Source: a virus. From it: a stretch of 64,000 nucleotides of DNA. The DNA lies in the IMG/VR virus record IMGVR_UViG_3300021376_000007. One strand, 5' to 3'. This document shows positions 47,597-56,914 of the stretch, piece by piece. A program made the translations under genes and the position numbers. The first letter of the stretch is position 1; the number at the start of each line of letters is the position of its first letter. The notes beneath the pieces are model-generated. The model ran no database searches, had not been told where the DNA came from, and saw nothing but the letters and a program-made list of their open reading frames with translations.

Positions 47597-48682
47597 TCAA
47601 CCATCATTGGCAAGCTTTTCTTTGATATCTCTAAACAAATCTTCGTTGTCCCTTATTTGTGATATTGCGTTTTCTCGTCCTTGAGAAAAGAGCTCACCTT
47701 GATAATAAATCCATGCACCTTTTTGTGTAAAGATTCCTTGATCCACTGCAACGTCAAAAACACATCCATACTCATCTATTCCTTTTCCGTAAAGTATATT
47801 AAACTCAGTTATTTTTAATGGCGGAGCCATCTTGTTCTTGATAATCTTAGCTTTTACTCTAATTCCTACTGATTCTCCAGATTTATCTTTCAAGTCTTCC
47901 TTCTTTCTTATGTCAATTCTTACTGACGCTGCATAGGGAAGAGCTTTCCCGCCCGGAGTAGTTTCAGGATTGCCAAACATAATACCTATCTTCATCCTTA
48001 TTTGATTGATAAAAATTATTAATGTTTTGTGCTGGTTAGCTAATCCGACAAGTTTGCGCATTGCCTTTGACATCATACGTGCTTGCGCACCCATTTGCAT
48101 GGATTCCATTTCACCTTCTAATTCAGCTTTAGGAATTAAAGACGCTACAGAATCTACAACTACTACTCCAAGCTCGCCTGTTCTAATTAGCTTGTCAACA
48201 ATTTCCAGACCCTGTTCACCATAATCAGGTTGAGCTAATAATAATTCATCTAAATTAATTCCTACATCTTGCATGTAGACCGGATCAAGCGCATGTTCGG
48301 CATCTACATAAGCGCACCTAATACCCTGCTTTTGGGCTTGGGCAATAACAGATAAAGCTAAAGTTGATTTGCCAGAAGATTCTGGGCCATATATTTCAAC
48401 CACTCTACCTTTCGGTAAGCCACCAATGCCAAGAATTCTATCGAGAGACAGAGCTCCAGTTGATATTGATGGCCAAGACGTAAATTTAGAAGAACCCAAT
48501 CTCATAACAGACCCTGCTCCAAATTGTCTTTCAATCTGAGCTATTGCTAGCTCCAGCTGCCTAGACTCATCTTTTTGTTTTTTTGTAGAATTTAAGGATA
48601 CTTCCTCAAAATCTTCTGATTCGTTCATTTGTGCGTTGATGTCTTTCTTTGGTGATATACTGACTGACGTAAATACTACCAC
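47597..48682 (-). CDS. recA: recombinase RecA
   Basis: IERQFGAGSVMRLG, GPESSGKST, DAEHALDP, QARMMSKAMRKL, INQIRMKIG, ETTPGGKAL; start may be 48628. Confidence 0.97.
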   Translation of the reverse strand: MVVFTSVSISPKKDINAQMNESEDFEEVSLNSTKKQKDESRQLELAIAQIERQFGAGSVMRLGSSKFTSWPSISTGALSLDRILGIGGLPKGRVVEIYGPESSGKSTLALSVIAQAQKQGIRCAYVDAEHALDPVYMQDVGINLDELLLAQPDYGEQGLEIVDKLIRTGELGVVVVDSVASLIPKAELEGEMESMQMGAQARMMSKAMRKLVGLANQHKTLIIFINQIRMKIGIMFGNPETTPGGKALPYAASVRIDIRKKEDLKDKSGESVGIRVKAKIIKNKMAPPLKITEFNILYGKGIDEYGCVFDVAVDQGIFTQKGAWIYYQGELFSQGRENAISQIRDNEDLFRDIKEKLANDG

Positions 48683-48859
48683 AACATAAGGCTAACAACA
48701 ACATGTTTAAGAACTCAAATTATAATCACGACTACATTAGAGCGATAAAAATTTTAAAATACAGAATAAATACTGTAGAAGATTTAATTAGGATTTGGGA
48801 TTTTTTTGGTCCATGTGTAGAAGATCACCCTAGCATAGAGGATATTTCGTAATTTTTAT

Positions 48860-48887
48860 TTGACACAGTGCCGTGATGCTGTATAAT
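48860..48887 (+). promoter_or_regulatory. sigma-A/70-type promoter
   Basis: TTGACA-N16-TATAAT upstream of the Clp ATPase gene. Confidence 0.7.
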
Positions 48888-49024
48888 CGTATCCAGAAGC
48901 CCTATAGGATCTGTGTGCTCTATCTCAATCTAGTGTAAGATTGATAATAATCTCTCTCAGATACGAAGGAAAATACAACAAACATTTTTTTCTGTTACTA
49001 TACTTTTAAGCAGAGGATGTTTGT

Positions 49025-50506
49025 ATGAAGCTTTACCAGATATATTTTCCCGAACTTGCAACGTATGTCAAGTTTAAGGTGCTGGATCCAGAAGGTGTGC
49101 AGAGTTTCTTATCTTCTCATGGAAATATTTCAAACCAAGCAGAGTTTATAAAATTTAAAAAAACTGTAATTGATTTTTTTGTTTTTAACCTTAAAAGCGA
49201 AATATCAGATTCTTTGCGTATGATGAGCAGAAAAGCTGCCGAAAAAATAGTCGATGCCCTGTACTCAGGGTGTGTAATGTTAAATCCCGGTTTAGACTTA
49301 GACGGATGGATCAACATTGCGTATGACGCACCCAAATCTACTGATCCATTTTTATTTGGTTCTGATGTTGATGATGATCTTGTGTCTAAATCATTTTTGG
49401 AGAAAATTAAAAAATTAGAAAAAAAACATACAAAATTAGATTCAACAGACTTTGCAAGCGAAGAAACTGAAAAACCAAATGCAAAAAAGACAAAGCCAAT
49501 TACAAAACAAAAATTTATGGGTCTCAATGCCTATTTGCAAGAAAACATAATAGGGCAGGACCAAGCAATTTCAATAATAGTCGATGCCCTTAGAAGATGT
49601 CAAGCAGGATTAAATGACGAAAATAGACCGTTGGGTGTTTTCTTGTTTGCGGGATCGTCTGGAGTAGGAAAAACTCATTTAGCCAATTGTCTGCACAAGT
49701 ACTTGTTTGGTTTAGAAAAATCAATGGTCAGAATAGACTGTGGAGAATTTCAGCACAAGCATGAAAATCAAAAGTTAATTGGATCACCCCCTGGCTACGT
49801 AGGCCATGAAGAAGGTGGTCAGTTAGTTAACATAGTTAAAAAACAACCAAACACAGTTGTTTTATTGGACGAAATAGAAAAGGCTCATCCAGATATTTGG
49901 AACACTTTTTTAAGAGTATTTGATGACGGAATTTTAACTGACGCAAAAGGAGAAATAGTGGACTTCAAAAATACCGTAATTATTATGACCACTAATCTTG
50001 GAAACGATAAAGTTAGCACAAGCTTACTTTCGGGAGGAGCCGGTTTTACTAATTCTGTTGGCTATAAAAATAACACAAAAGAAATACCATCAAGAGATGT
50101 TGTTGAAAGAAACGCAAACGACGCAATAAAAAAACATTTCAAACCAGAATTTTTAAATAGAATAGATAAAACAGTTATTTTCAATTATTTGTCTGAAGAA
50201 GACTGTAGGCGAATTGCACAAATAGAAATGTCTATAGTCGGAGAAAAATTAGGTAAAAAAGGCTATTCAATTAGATACACAGATAGTGTTTTAAGTTTTT
50301 TAATTAATAATGGAGTAGACTCAATTAAAGGAGCAAGAGGACTGGCTCAAATAAGAAGAGAAAAAATAGAAGACCCGCTAGCAAAATTTATAGTTGAAAA
50401 AGCTACTCCTAGAGGGTCTATATTTGATTTAGACTGCAAGGATAACTTAATTAAAACTACTATAATTAAACCAAACAAAAAAGATTCTTTAGCAGAAAAA
50501 ATTTAA
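49025..50506 (+). CDS. ClpA/ClpB-type ATPase, second AAA module only, with novel N-terminus
   Basis: IIGQDQA, GSSGVGKT, LIGSPPGYVGHEEGG, LLDEIEKAHP, FKPEFLNRID, GARGL. Confidence 0.92.
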   Translation: MKLYQIYFPELATYVKFKVLDPEGVQSFLSSHGNISNQAEFIKFKKTVIDFFVFNLKSEISDSLRMMSRKAAEKIVDALYSGCVMLNPGLDLDGWINIAYDAPKSTDPFLFGSDVDDDLVSKSFLEKIKKLEKKHTKLDSTDFASEETEKPNAKKTKPITKQKFMGLNAYLQENIIGQDQAISIIVDALRRCQAGLNDENRPLGVFLFAGSSGVGKTHLANCLHKYLFGLEKSMVRIDCGEFQHKHENQKLIGSPPGYVGHEEGGQLVNIVKKQPNTVVLLDEIEKAHPDIWNTFLRVFDDGILTDAKGEIVDFKNTVIIMTTNLGNDKVSTSLLSGGAGFTNSVGYKNNTKEIPSRDVVERNANDAIKKHFKPEFLNRIDKTVIFNYLSEEDCRRIAQIEMSIVGEKLGKKGYSIRYTDSVLSFLINNGVDSIKGARGLAQIRREKIEDPLAKFIVEKATPRGSIFDLDCKDNLIKTTIIKPNKKDSLAEKI

Positions 50507-50537
50507 TTACTATAACTGAAAAACCTCAGGAGGTTTT

Positions 50538-50756
50538 ATGCCGCTATCATCTGCAAGAAGAGCAGTTTCAAATTTTACTACAAATTTATCTGGTCAAGGT
50601 CTTCGTTCTGCTGTCAGAAGCAGCATTGGATCACATCCCTATAAGAAAGGCGCAGCAGCTGCAGCGGCAGTTGTGGGTGCCGGAGCAATCATGAGAAGAA
50701 GATCATCTGGGTTAGACAAAACAGTAGGAAGACCAACCGGAATTAGGATGTACTAA
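50538..50756 (+). CDS. small basic virion-region protein
   Basis: AGGAGG RBS; Ala/Gly hydrophobic stretch. Confidence 0.65.
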   Translation: MPLSSARRAVSNFTTNLSGQGLRSAVRSSIGSHPYKKGAAAAAAVVGAGAIMRRRSSGLDKTVGRPTGIRMY

Positions 50757-50757
50757 C

Positions 50758-51087
50758 ATGCCAGGGGTTTTTGGAAGAATAGGTGGAGCCATTGATAATG
50801 TCGCAGAGCCACTTGGTTATGGTATCAATAGATTATTGAAAGGTTCAATGAGGGCTGGTCATATGCCTTCTGGTACTTTTCCTGCTGGAAATAGAATGGG
50901 CAGCGCAATAGCATCGGCATACAGAACCTCTATGCAACCACAGAATATTAGAACAGGAAGAAAAGCCATAGGCGCAGGTGCAGCCTTAGGTGGAATTGGA
51001 TTTGCCAACAAAAGAAAAGATCACAGAGGTGGATATAATCCAAGAAGACCAATTGCACCAGTTCCACAAAATGGAAGGCCAATTTAA
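50758..51087 (+). CDS. Gly/Arg-rich virion-region protein
   Basis: tightly packed ORF. Confidence 0.65.
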   Translation: MPGVFGRIGGAIDNVAEPLGYGINRLLKGSMRAGHMPSGTFPAGNRMGSAIASAYRTSMQPQNIRTGRKAIGAGAALGGIGFANKRKDHRGGYNPRRPIAPVPQNGRPI

Positions 51088-51089
51088 TA

Positions 51090-51500
51090 ATGAGTAATTG
51101 GGAAAGTTTTATTAATGAATCAGGTGATTTTGAGCTACCTAATTTTTTATATAAAACAATAAATGATTTAATGAAACAGTGCTTGGATATGGGAACATTG
51201 CTGTCCAGTGATCAGCATAAGCTTAGAGCCTACAAAGAGCAGACAAAGAAGATGTTTAAAGCTAGATGGTATGAAATAGCAAAAGCTTTAGAATTTTTTA
51301 ACATAATAGATCCCTGCATATGTTCGCTGTCTGAAAAAGAAATATACTGCGATATTTGCAAAGGGGCAAGATTTATAATTAGTTCTACATTAACTCCAGA
51401 CAAAATGAAAGAAATTGGAGTTTTCACAAATGCAGCGAATAATATAGAAATAATGCAAAAGTTGCAGAAAAGTTTGAGTGAACTAATAACAGAGCAATAA
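51090..51500 (+). CDS. hypothetical protein with zinc motif
   Basis: CIC...CDICKG. Confidence 0.7.
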   Translation: MSNWESFINESGDFELPNFLYKTINDLMKQCLDMGTLLSSDQHKLRAYKEQTKKMFKARWYEIAKALEFFNIIDPCICSLSEKEIYCDICKGARFIISSTLTPDKMKEIGVFTNAANNIEIMQKLQKSLSELITEQ

Positions 51501-51625
51501 TGTGCAGTGTCCAAGGTGTTCAAAAACAATGCAAGAAATAGTAGAATATTTTGTTGAACAACCAGAATTTTTGTATTCAAAAGAGCGTTATTGCACGCAT
51601 TGCAGAAGTGCCGTTGTAGAGCATT

Positions 51626-52393
51626 TTGATGACAAAGGTTTTTACACAACAGAGTGGATTGATTTTAATGGGTAACATACAAAAACCAGAAGATAAAAAT
51701 TCTTTTATGAAAAATTTTGAATCTTTAAGACCAGATTTATTTTTTCCAGAATCATGGTCTGAAGAAGAGATAAAAAAAGCAAACGAATTAGTTAAGCCAC
51801 AAAAAACAAAGACAGCTATGTTTGCATCTATACCAATGAATTGTGAAGCTGAAAGATGTATTTTTTCAGAGACATGTCCATTGCTTAAAGAAAATGTTGC
51901 ACCGAGAAACAAACCATGTCCACTTGAAATGTCTATGGTTGTTCAGTTTACTCAAGAATACCTGCAGCAACTAGATGTAAATCCAAATAATTTAGTAGAA
52001 GTTTCTATGGTAAGAGACTTGGTTGACCAAGAGGTTCAGTACCTAAGAAAAACAAAATTATTAGCCAAAGAGCATTTTATACAAGAAAATGTTATTGGAA
52101 TTGACCAAGATGGACAACCAATAATGAAAAAAGAATTACACCTAGCAGTGGAGCTAGAAGATAAACTTCACAAAAGAAGAAAAGACTTGCGTAATCAACT
52201 TCTTGCAACAAGAGAAGCAAAAGCAAAAATTGGGCAAGTTCAACTGGATACCGCACAGGCTATATCAGATATTATTTCTAAAGTTCAAAATATTGAAATA
52301 CAAAGAGAAAAACTACTCAAACAAAAATTGGGAACATACGAATTGGACGAATACATCGAGGCCCAAACGATAGATACAAACCAGGAAGAATAA
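51626..52393 (+). CDS. Cys-cluster coiled-coil protein (possible packaging-associated)
   Basis: C...C....CP...PCPLE followed by a helical region; start probably MGNIQ. Confidence 0.65.
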   Translation: MMTKVFTQQSGLILMGNIQKPEDKNSFMKNFESLRPDLFFPESWSEEEIKKANELVKPQKTKTAMFASIPMNCEAERCIFSETCPLLKENVAPRNKPCPLEMSMVVQFTQEYLQQLDVNPNNLVEVSMVRDLVDQEVQYLRKTKLLAKEHFIQENVIGIDQDGQPIMKKELHLAVELEDKLHKRRKDLRNQLLATREAKAKIGQVQLDTAQAISDIISKVQNIEIQREKLLKQKLGTYELDEYIEAQTIDTNQEE

Positions 52394-52394
52394 C

Positions 52395-55300
52395 ATGTCA
52401 AAGTTTGACGATATTGTCGATATGTACGTAGAAGTTTTTGGTACTCAAAAATCAAGAGCAGAAATTGAAAGACTGGTAGAAAAAAATTTAAGATTACCAA
52501 GTGCAGCTCGAGTACCTAGAACTATTGACAACGCAGAAATTTTTGAAGGACTAGAAAATCTGCAAGTTGCTTATAGAGATGCAATAAGAGCAGAACTAGA
52601 AGGTGGTCTTTTTGGTTCTCAAAGAAAACGAATGCTAGAGCTAGCTTTGGATTCTCCAACAATGAATCTTTCCTTGATATCATCTCAAGCAGAAAGATCC
52701 AGATTAGATAGACAATTTCAAGATCTTGTATTTCAAAGTTATGAATCAAGTTATGGTCTTCCTTCTATACAGCTTCCATCAGGTAACCCAAGGAGAGCCA
52801 CTGTTTATGGAATGTCTCAACCAGGCGTGGATAATGCCCTAGACACTTTGCTTCAAGGAAGGGCAATTTCTGTTGATATAACCAAGCGAGGATTGGGAAG
52901 AAATGCAATGAGAGTATCCGCAACAGATATTCCAACCGCAGAATATTTAAGGCAGGGTTTAACGAGAAGAAATACCACTCAAATGTTAGATGATGCACTA
53001 ACTGAAGCAAGAAGAACGGGAGGAGCGACAGCAGGTATACGTTTAGCTGCTTTGGACGTTGAAACTGGAGGTGTTGGTCCATATGATCAAGTTAGGTCTT
53101 TATCTGTTGGTTTTTATGATCTAACAGGAGCAGATTCCACCGCTGCCTTGGGGGCTATGCCGGTAAGTCCAACAAGTAGATCAAACGTGCACATGATTGT
53201 TCCAGAAATGGAATCAGTAAGAGCTGGAAGACCAGGTCAGGCTGCAATAGGATTGGGAACAAGAACATATCGAATAGAGACAGGGTCAACTGGAGGAATT
53301 GTGCACAATTTGACGACTGCAGCTGGAAGATCTTCAGCAGCAGCAAACTATGAAGAACAAATCAGAAATCTTCTTGATCCAAATACGTTTATTGTTGGTA
53401 ACAAGGTTGGATCTTTTGACGTTCCAAAAATAATAAACAGCGCTGCCGCACTTGATGAATTTATGAACGTACCGGAAAGAGCAGCTCTTTTAACGGCTCT
53501 TCAACAAAAGTTAACTTCTGGAACAGGAGTAATAGACGTTACACAACTTGCAGGTGAGCATATCTTTGAAAAAATGGGACTATTACAACGAGCTGCAGAA
53601 GCAAGAGGTGAGACTTTAGAGTCCATGTTAGGTGAAGCGGTGAGTTCAATACTGTCTCCAGAAACAGCATTAAAAGCAGGAAGGTTTGGAGAATCTGTAA
53701 AACCTAGAGGTATTGAAAGTATTTTATTAACAACAGATCTGTTAGAAAGGTTAACTCAGACGCCAGAAGGTGAAGGCTTAGTTCGTAGACTAGCATCCGG
53801 CGCACACATATCTGATGTAGACTTGCAATTATCAGCTGCTATTATAAGAGGTGTTCAGACCGATCAAATGGAATTATTAACAGCAGGTAGCAGGGGAACC
53901 ATTGGAGGAGTAGCTATAGACCGCATGCTTGCTTCAGCAGTAGAACAAGCAAGAGTATCAATATCAAGAATTGGTGCAATGACTCCGACTACAAATCTAG
54001 CAAACATAGAAGAAATATCTGATCAGGTTTTTGGATTTTTGTCAACTACAACAGACCCTAGAATAATGCAGGGGATGAGAATTGAATATGCAGGAGGTTA
54101 TCAAGATTATAACCTTGCTACAGGTACTTATCAGCGAGTTATTGGAGGTACTGTAACAGATGTTCCAGAATTTCTTGCACACAGAGCAATTAAAAATACT
54201 TTAGATTTAGCTAAAGCAGCTACTCCTGGTCCATATGGAGAAGCTACAAGGGCAAGAGTTTTAAGTCTAGGAATATCTGCCAGTGAAGCTGGACAAATGG
54301 AAAGAACTCTGCAATACGCAGACACAGTTGCTGGAATTGGAGTTCCTGGTCCAGCTTCAATGATTGATTTATTAGATACCGAAGCTGGTCAGGAAGCTTT
54401 TGTTGATTCCATGTCTGCAACGAGAAGATTTGTAGGAATGCCACATCTTCAAGAAAGAAATCTTTTAATAGATAGAGTTATGGGAAGATCTATGAGAGAA
54501 AGACAGGCTGTTTTTAATGAAGCAAATGCACCTTCAATGATTCAAGCTTTACATTTTGGAAAAGCCGGAATGGAAATGATTGATCCAACTATTAGATCTA
54601 ATTTTGTTGCAGCTTCAGCAATTACTGCAGATGTTGCTTTTAGTACCACTCAAGGAAGAAGAGCAACTGCATTAAGAGTGGCAAGGCAACAATTTTTGAT
54701 GACAAACCCAGGTGCAACTCCAGATTTGGTTGAAGCACATTTGGCAACTTTGAGCTCAGAACAAATTGAAAGTCTAGCAACTAGAGCACAACAGATTGCT
54801 GGTGGCAGAAATCTTTTAGGTGAAATGGGAGTAATAACTTTTGAAGAAACTACTCCTTCAGTAATGAGAGCTGGTGGCTCTGGGGAGCTGGGAAGAATAA
54901 GGCTAACACAGCAAGCATTGAGTGACATAAGAGTTAAGTCTACTGCCACTGGACTATTTGATACACCATTATTGGAATCACCACTTTATGAATCTGCAGG
55001 ACTTGGAAAAATGCATATGTCAGAAGTTAACTTGAATAATGATCAAAAAATGATTAACTTCATAATGGGCGAAGGAAGAATGGGTAGACAAGAATCAAGA
55101 AGTTTATCTGAAGGACTTGTTGATATGTGGAGAAGAAAAATAATAGACGAAGGTTTATCTGATGACACCTTAATTGAAACTGGAATATTTAAATCTCAAC
55201 AAGAGATTGCAAATATTAGAGGAATACTTCAAAGAGGTTCTACCGCAATAGAAGATGAATTAATAGCTCCTATTGCTCGACAATTTAGTGAACATGGAGG

Positions 55301-56015
55301 ACCAATTAGAGGAACTGTTACCGGAGACGTTGCCGAAGGTCTTGCCTCACTTCAACACAGTATATCTCAAAGTGTTGGAAATGATCAGGTTGGTGTTAGT
55401 AGAGGTATGGTTTTTAGGGCTGCAGGATTTGATCAGGGAACAGCAGGAGCAGGAGGAGTAGCAGGAGAAAGGGGGCTACTGTACGCAGTTCCGGGAATGA
55501 CAAACGCCACAGAAGCTCACGCAGCATCACTTGGAATATCAATGCCCGATGCAGCGCAAATGCTGGAGGATAGAGACATAGTTTTAGCTAAAGCAGAATC
55601 TAACACTGGATTTAGAAACATGCTTCGAAGAGCTTTTTCTAGACATAGAGTAGACGAAGGAATAGGTGGAACGTCTATTAGACTCGGAAGAGATGCAAGA
55701 ATAAGAGAAGCAGTCCAAAGAGCCAAGCCAAGTGTTTATAGAGGGGGAATTGGTGTAGCAGCTCTCAGTGCTGGTTACTATTTAGCTAGAAGAGGCAGAG
55801 ACAAGCAGCTGCATGAACAGGTTATGCAAGAGCAACCAACTGAAAATCCGGGGTTGGTACAACAAGCAAACTACGACATGCAAGATGCCACAATGATTGA
55901 TTCCATTAGAAGAGATCCACTCGTCACTGCGGGAGTTGTTGGAAATTTAGATCGAAACAAAATAGGTCACACAATGATGGGGCCTAATAAATATAATTAT
56001 CTATTTGGAGAATAA
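52395..56015 (+). CDS. 1206-aa probable internal virion protein containing a DEDDh exonuclease-like domain
   Basis: AALDVETGG (ExoI), IVGNKVGSFD (ExoII), AHISDVD (ExoIII); C-terminal TM-like segment. Confidence 0.65.
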   Translation: MSKFDDIVDMYVEVFGTQKSRAEIERLVEKNLRLPSAARVPRTIDNAEIFEGLENLQVAYRDAIRAELEGGLFGSQRKRMLELALDSPTMNLSLISSQAERSRLDRQFQDLVFQSYESSYGLPSIQLPSGNPRRATVYGMSQPGVDNALDTLLQGRAISVDITKRGLGRNAMRVSATDIPTAEYLRQGLTRRNTTQMLDDALTEARRTGGATAGIRLAALDVETGGVGPYDQVRSLSVGFYDLTGADSTAALGAMPVSPTSRSNVHMIVPEMESVRAGRPGQAAIGLGTRTYRIETGSTGGIVHNLTTAAGRSSAAANYEEQIRNLLDPNTFIVGNKVGSFDVPKIINSAAALDEFMNVPERAALLTALQQKLTSGTGVIDVTQLAGEHIFEKMGLLQRAAEARGETLESMLGEAVSSILSPETALKAGRFGESVKPRGIESILLTTDLLERLTQTPEGEGLVRRLASGAHISDVDLQLSAAIIRGVQTDQMELLTAGSRGTIGGVAIDRMLASAVEQARVSISRIGAMTPTTNLANIEEISDQVFGFLSTTTDPRIMQGMRIEYAGGYQDYNLATGTYQRVIGGTVTDVPEFLAHRAIKNTLDLAKAATPGPYGEATRARVLSLGISASEAGQMERTLQYADTVAGIGVPGPASMIDLLDTEAGQEAFVDSMSATRRFVGMPHLQERNLLIDRVMGRSMRERQAVFNEANAPSMIQALHFGKAGMEMIDPTIRSNFVAASAITADVAFSTTQGRRATALRVARQQFLMTNPGATPDLVEAHLATLSSEQIESLATRAQQIAGGRNLLGEMGVITFEETTPSVMRAGGSGELGRIRLTQQALSDIRVKSTATGLFDTPLLESPLYESAGLGKMHMSEVNLNNDQKMINFIMGEGRMGRQESRSLSEGLVDMWRRKIIDEGLSDDTLIETGIFKSQQEIANIRGILQRGSTAIEDELIAPIARQFSEHGGPIRGTVTGDVAEGLASLQHSISQSVGNDQVGVSRGMVFRAAGFDQGTAGAGGVAGERGLLYAVPGMTNATEAHAASLGISMPDAAQMLEDRDIVLAKAESNTGFRNMLRRAFSRHRVDEGIGGTSIRLGRDARIREAVQRAKPSVYRGGIGVAALSAGYYLARRGRDKQLHEQVMQEQPTENPGLVQQANYDMQDATMIDSIRRDPLVTAGVVGNLDRNKIGHTMMGPNKYNYLFGE

Positions 56016-56017
56016 AA

Positions 56018-56914
56018 ATGCCTGTGTTATCAAATTTAGCCGCTAGGGGTAGATCTTTAGCCGCTAGTGGTAGAGCGATTGTGGGATCAAGCAGTCCTGC
56101 GTTATCAGAGATATCCGATATGGGTAGAGCAATTGTGGGACCAGGCGGTTCTACACGTCGAAAAGTGGCTGGAAGCGTTATTTTAGGAGGTTTATTCCTT
56201 GCTGGCCTGGGAAAGACCCTAGGAAGAGGAATGACTGATGCAGCGATGGATCTTGCTTTTGATGATCCAGATGCAGACCTGAAGATGCTAGGCACTAAAC
56301 TTACTCCAACAATGATGCTAGGAGTGCTATATCCCGATAAGGCAAATCCTGCAGCAGTGGGTGTTGGAGGATTTGGTGGTGGAGGTATTGGCGCAACAGC
56401 CGGAGCAATGCTTGGTAGAAGATTTGGTAGAGCAGGAATGCTAGCAGGCGGTACAATTGGCGGAATTGCTGGTCTTACTCTTGGAGCAACCACTGGATCT
56501 TTGGCTACTGGAGGAGTAGGATCTCTAGCAAGAGCGCAACATCCAACTAGGTTCCCTGCAGATACATTTGGGGATGCTGTGGATATAGGGTACACTACAA
56601 TGACGCTAGGAATGCTAACAGGCGGAATTGCTGGCGGTGCTATCGGAGCTAGGGGACCTAGATTTGGAGGGGGCAGAAGGGGACTAGCACTAGGAGCAAT
56701 TTCGGGAGTTGCATATGGAGGTCTTGCAGGTGCTGCAGCGGGAGGATTGTTTGTAGGTGGATCAATAGCAACAACAAATCAAGCTAGAAAAGCAAACATG
56801 CAAATAATTAATGAATCTCCATTTTACAACTCATCACTTTTAACTGCAGAAAGATTAAATGCAAGAGGAGACATAGTTTTTGGCGCTCACAATACAAGAA
56901 GGGGCGGATACTAA
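56018..56914 (+). CDS. Gly-rich membrane-type virion protein
   Basis: multiple glycine-zipper hydrophobic segments. Confidence 0.7.
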   Translation: MPVLSNLAARGRSLAASGRAIVGSSSPALSEISDMGRAIVGPGGSTRRKVAGSVILGGLFLAGLGKTLGRGMTDAAMDLAFDDPDADLKMLGTKLTPTMMLGVLYPDKANPAAVGVGGFGGGGIGATAGAMLGRRFGRAGMLAGGTIGGIAGLTLGATTGSLATGGVGSLARAQHPTRFPADTFGDAVDIGYTTMTLGMLTGGIAGGAIGARGPRFGGGRRGLALGAISGVAYGGLAGAAAGGLFVGGSIATTNQARKANMQIINESPFYNSSLLTAERLNARGDIVFGAHNTRRGGY

